Shown here: positions 63,771 to 64,000 of the stretch, in pieces
How the letters are laid out: each line of letters opens with the position of its first letter
Position numbering within the stretch: position 1 is the first letter of the stretch
Source of the DNA: Scenedesmus sp. PABB004
Taxonomy: Eukaryota
Direction of reading: 5' to 3'
Assembly (NCBI GenBank): GCA_014905635.1
Contig: JABVCE010000027.1
Location: 248,001 to 312,000 of the forward strand
Length of the DNA stretch: 64,000 nt
Position numbers and translations under genes: made by a program
The notes under the pieces: generated by a model
Told to the model about the DNA's origin: nothing
The model's input: the letters and a program-made list of their open reading frames with translations, nothing else
The model's database searches: none

Positions 63771-64000
63771 CTGCGACGGGGTTTAGCGGCGGCGGGGTTT
63801 AGCGGGGTTGGGCGGAGCTTAGCGGGGTTGAGCCCCCGGGGGCCGCGCGCGCTGAGGGGGGGGGGGGGGGGGGGGCGGCGGCGCGGCGCGGCGCGCCCGC
63901 CGGGCAAGCACCGACGCCCCGCAGCGGGCGCGCGCCGCCCCGGCGCCGCGCGGCGGCCAACCTTAAACCCCGGGCCCCTGCGCGCGCCTCCTAAACCCCA

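Overview
Eukaryotic nuclear DNA of extremely high GC content (roughly 80% by eye). It is gene-dense, with short GC-rich spliceosomal introns, most consistent with a chlorophyte green alga (inferred from DVR, plastid L18, TGTAA poly(A) signals and TTTAGGG-type repeats). Most listed six-frame ORFs are GC artefacts, so genes were rebuilt by hand from splice sites and protein motifs. About 22 genes, in order: EF-hand protein (partial), M43 metalloprotease, a CHD6-9-like SANT/SLIDE + FYR protein with no ATPase, MutT-type Nudix hydrolase, mitochondrial-type L36, VIT1/CCC1, secreted Cys-rich protein, DVR, PPR protein, RbgA GTPase, lipoate ligase, RRM protein, CREG, RluD-like pseudouridine synthase, GyrB, F-box/LRR, PfkB kinase, plastid L18, VMA22/CCDC115, ALG10, double-domain MAPR, multidomain subtilase, synaptotagmin-like (partial). 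Main unusual features: (1) two complete genes, one on the host's own strand, appear nested in a single 2 kb intron of the CHD-like gene; (2) that host lacks chromodomains and the Snf2 ATPase; (3) an inverted partial duplication of CREG brackets the RRM gene; (4) about 15 GC-AG introns; (5) telomere-type heptamers sit in opposite orientations at the two ends of introns; (6) a subtilase carries TSP1 repeats and bacterial-type Ig/PxKF-like modules. All family assignments come from motif recognition, not database searches.
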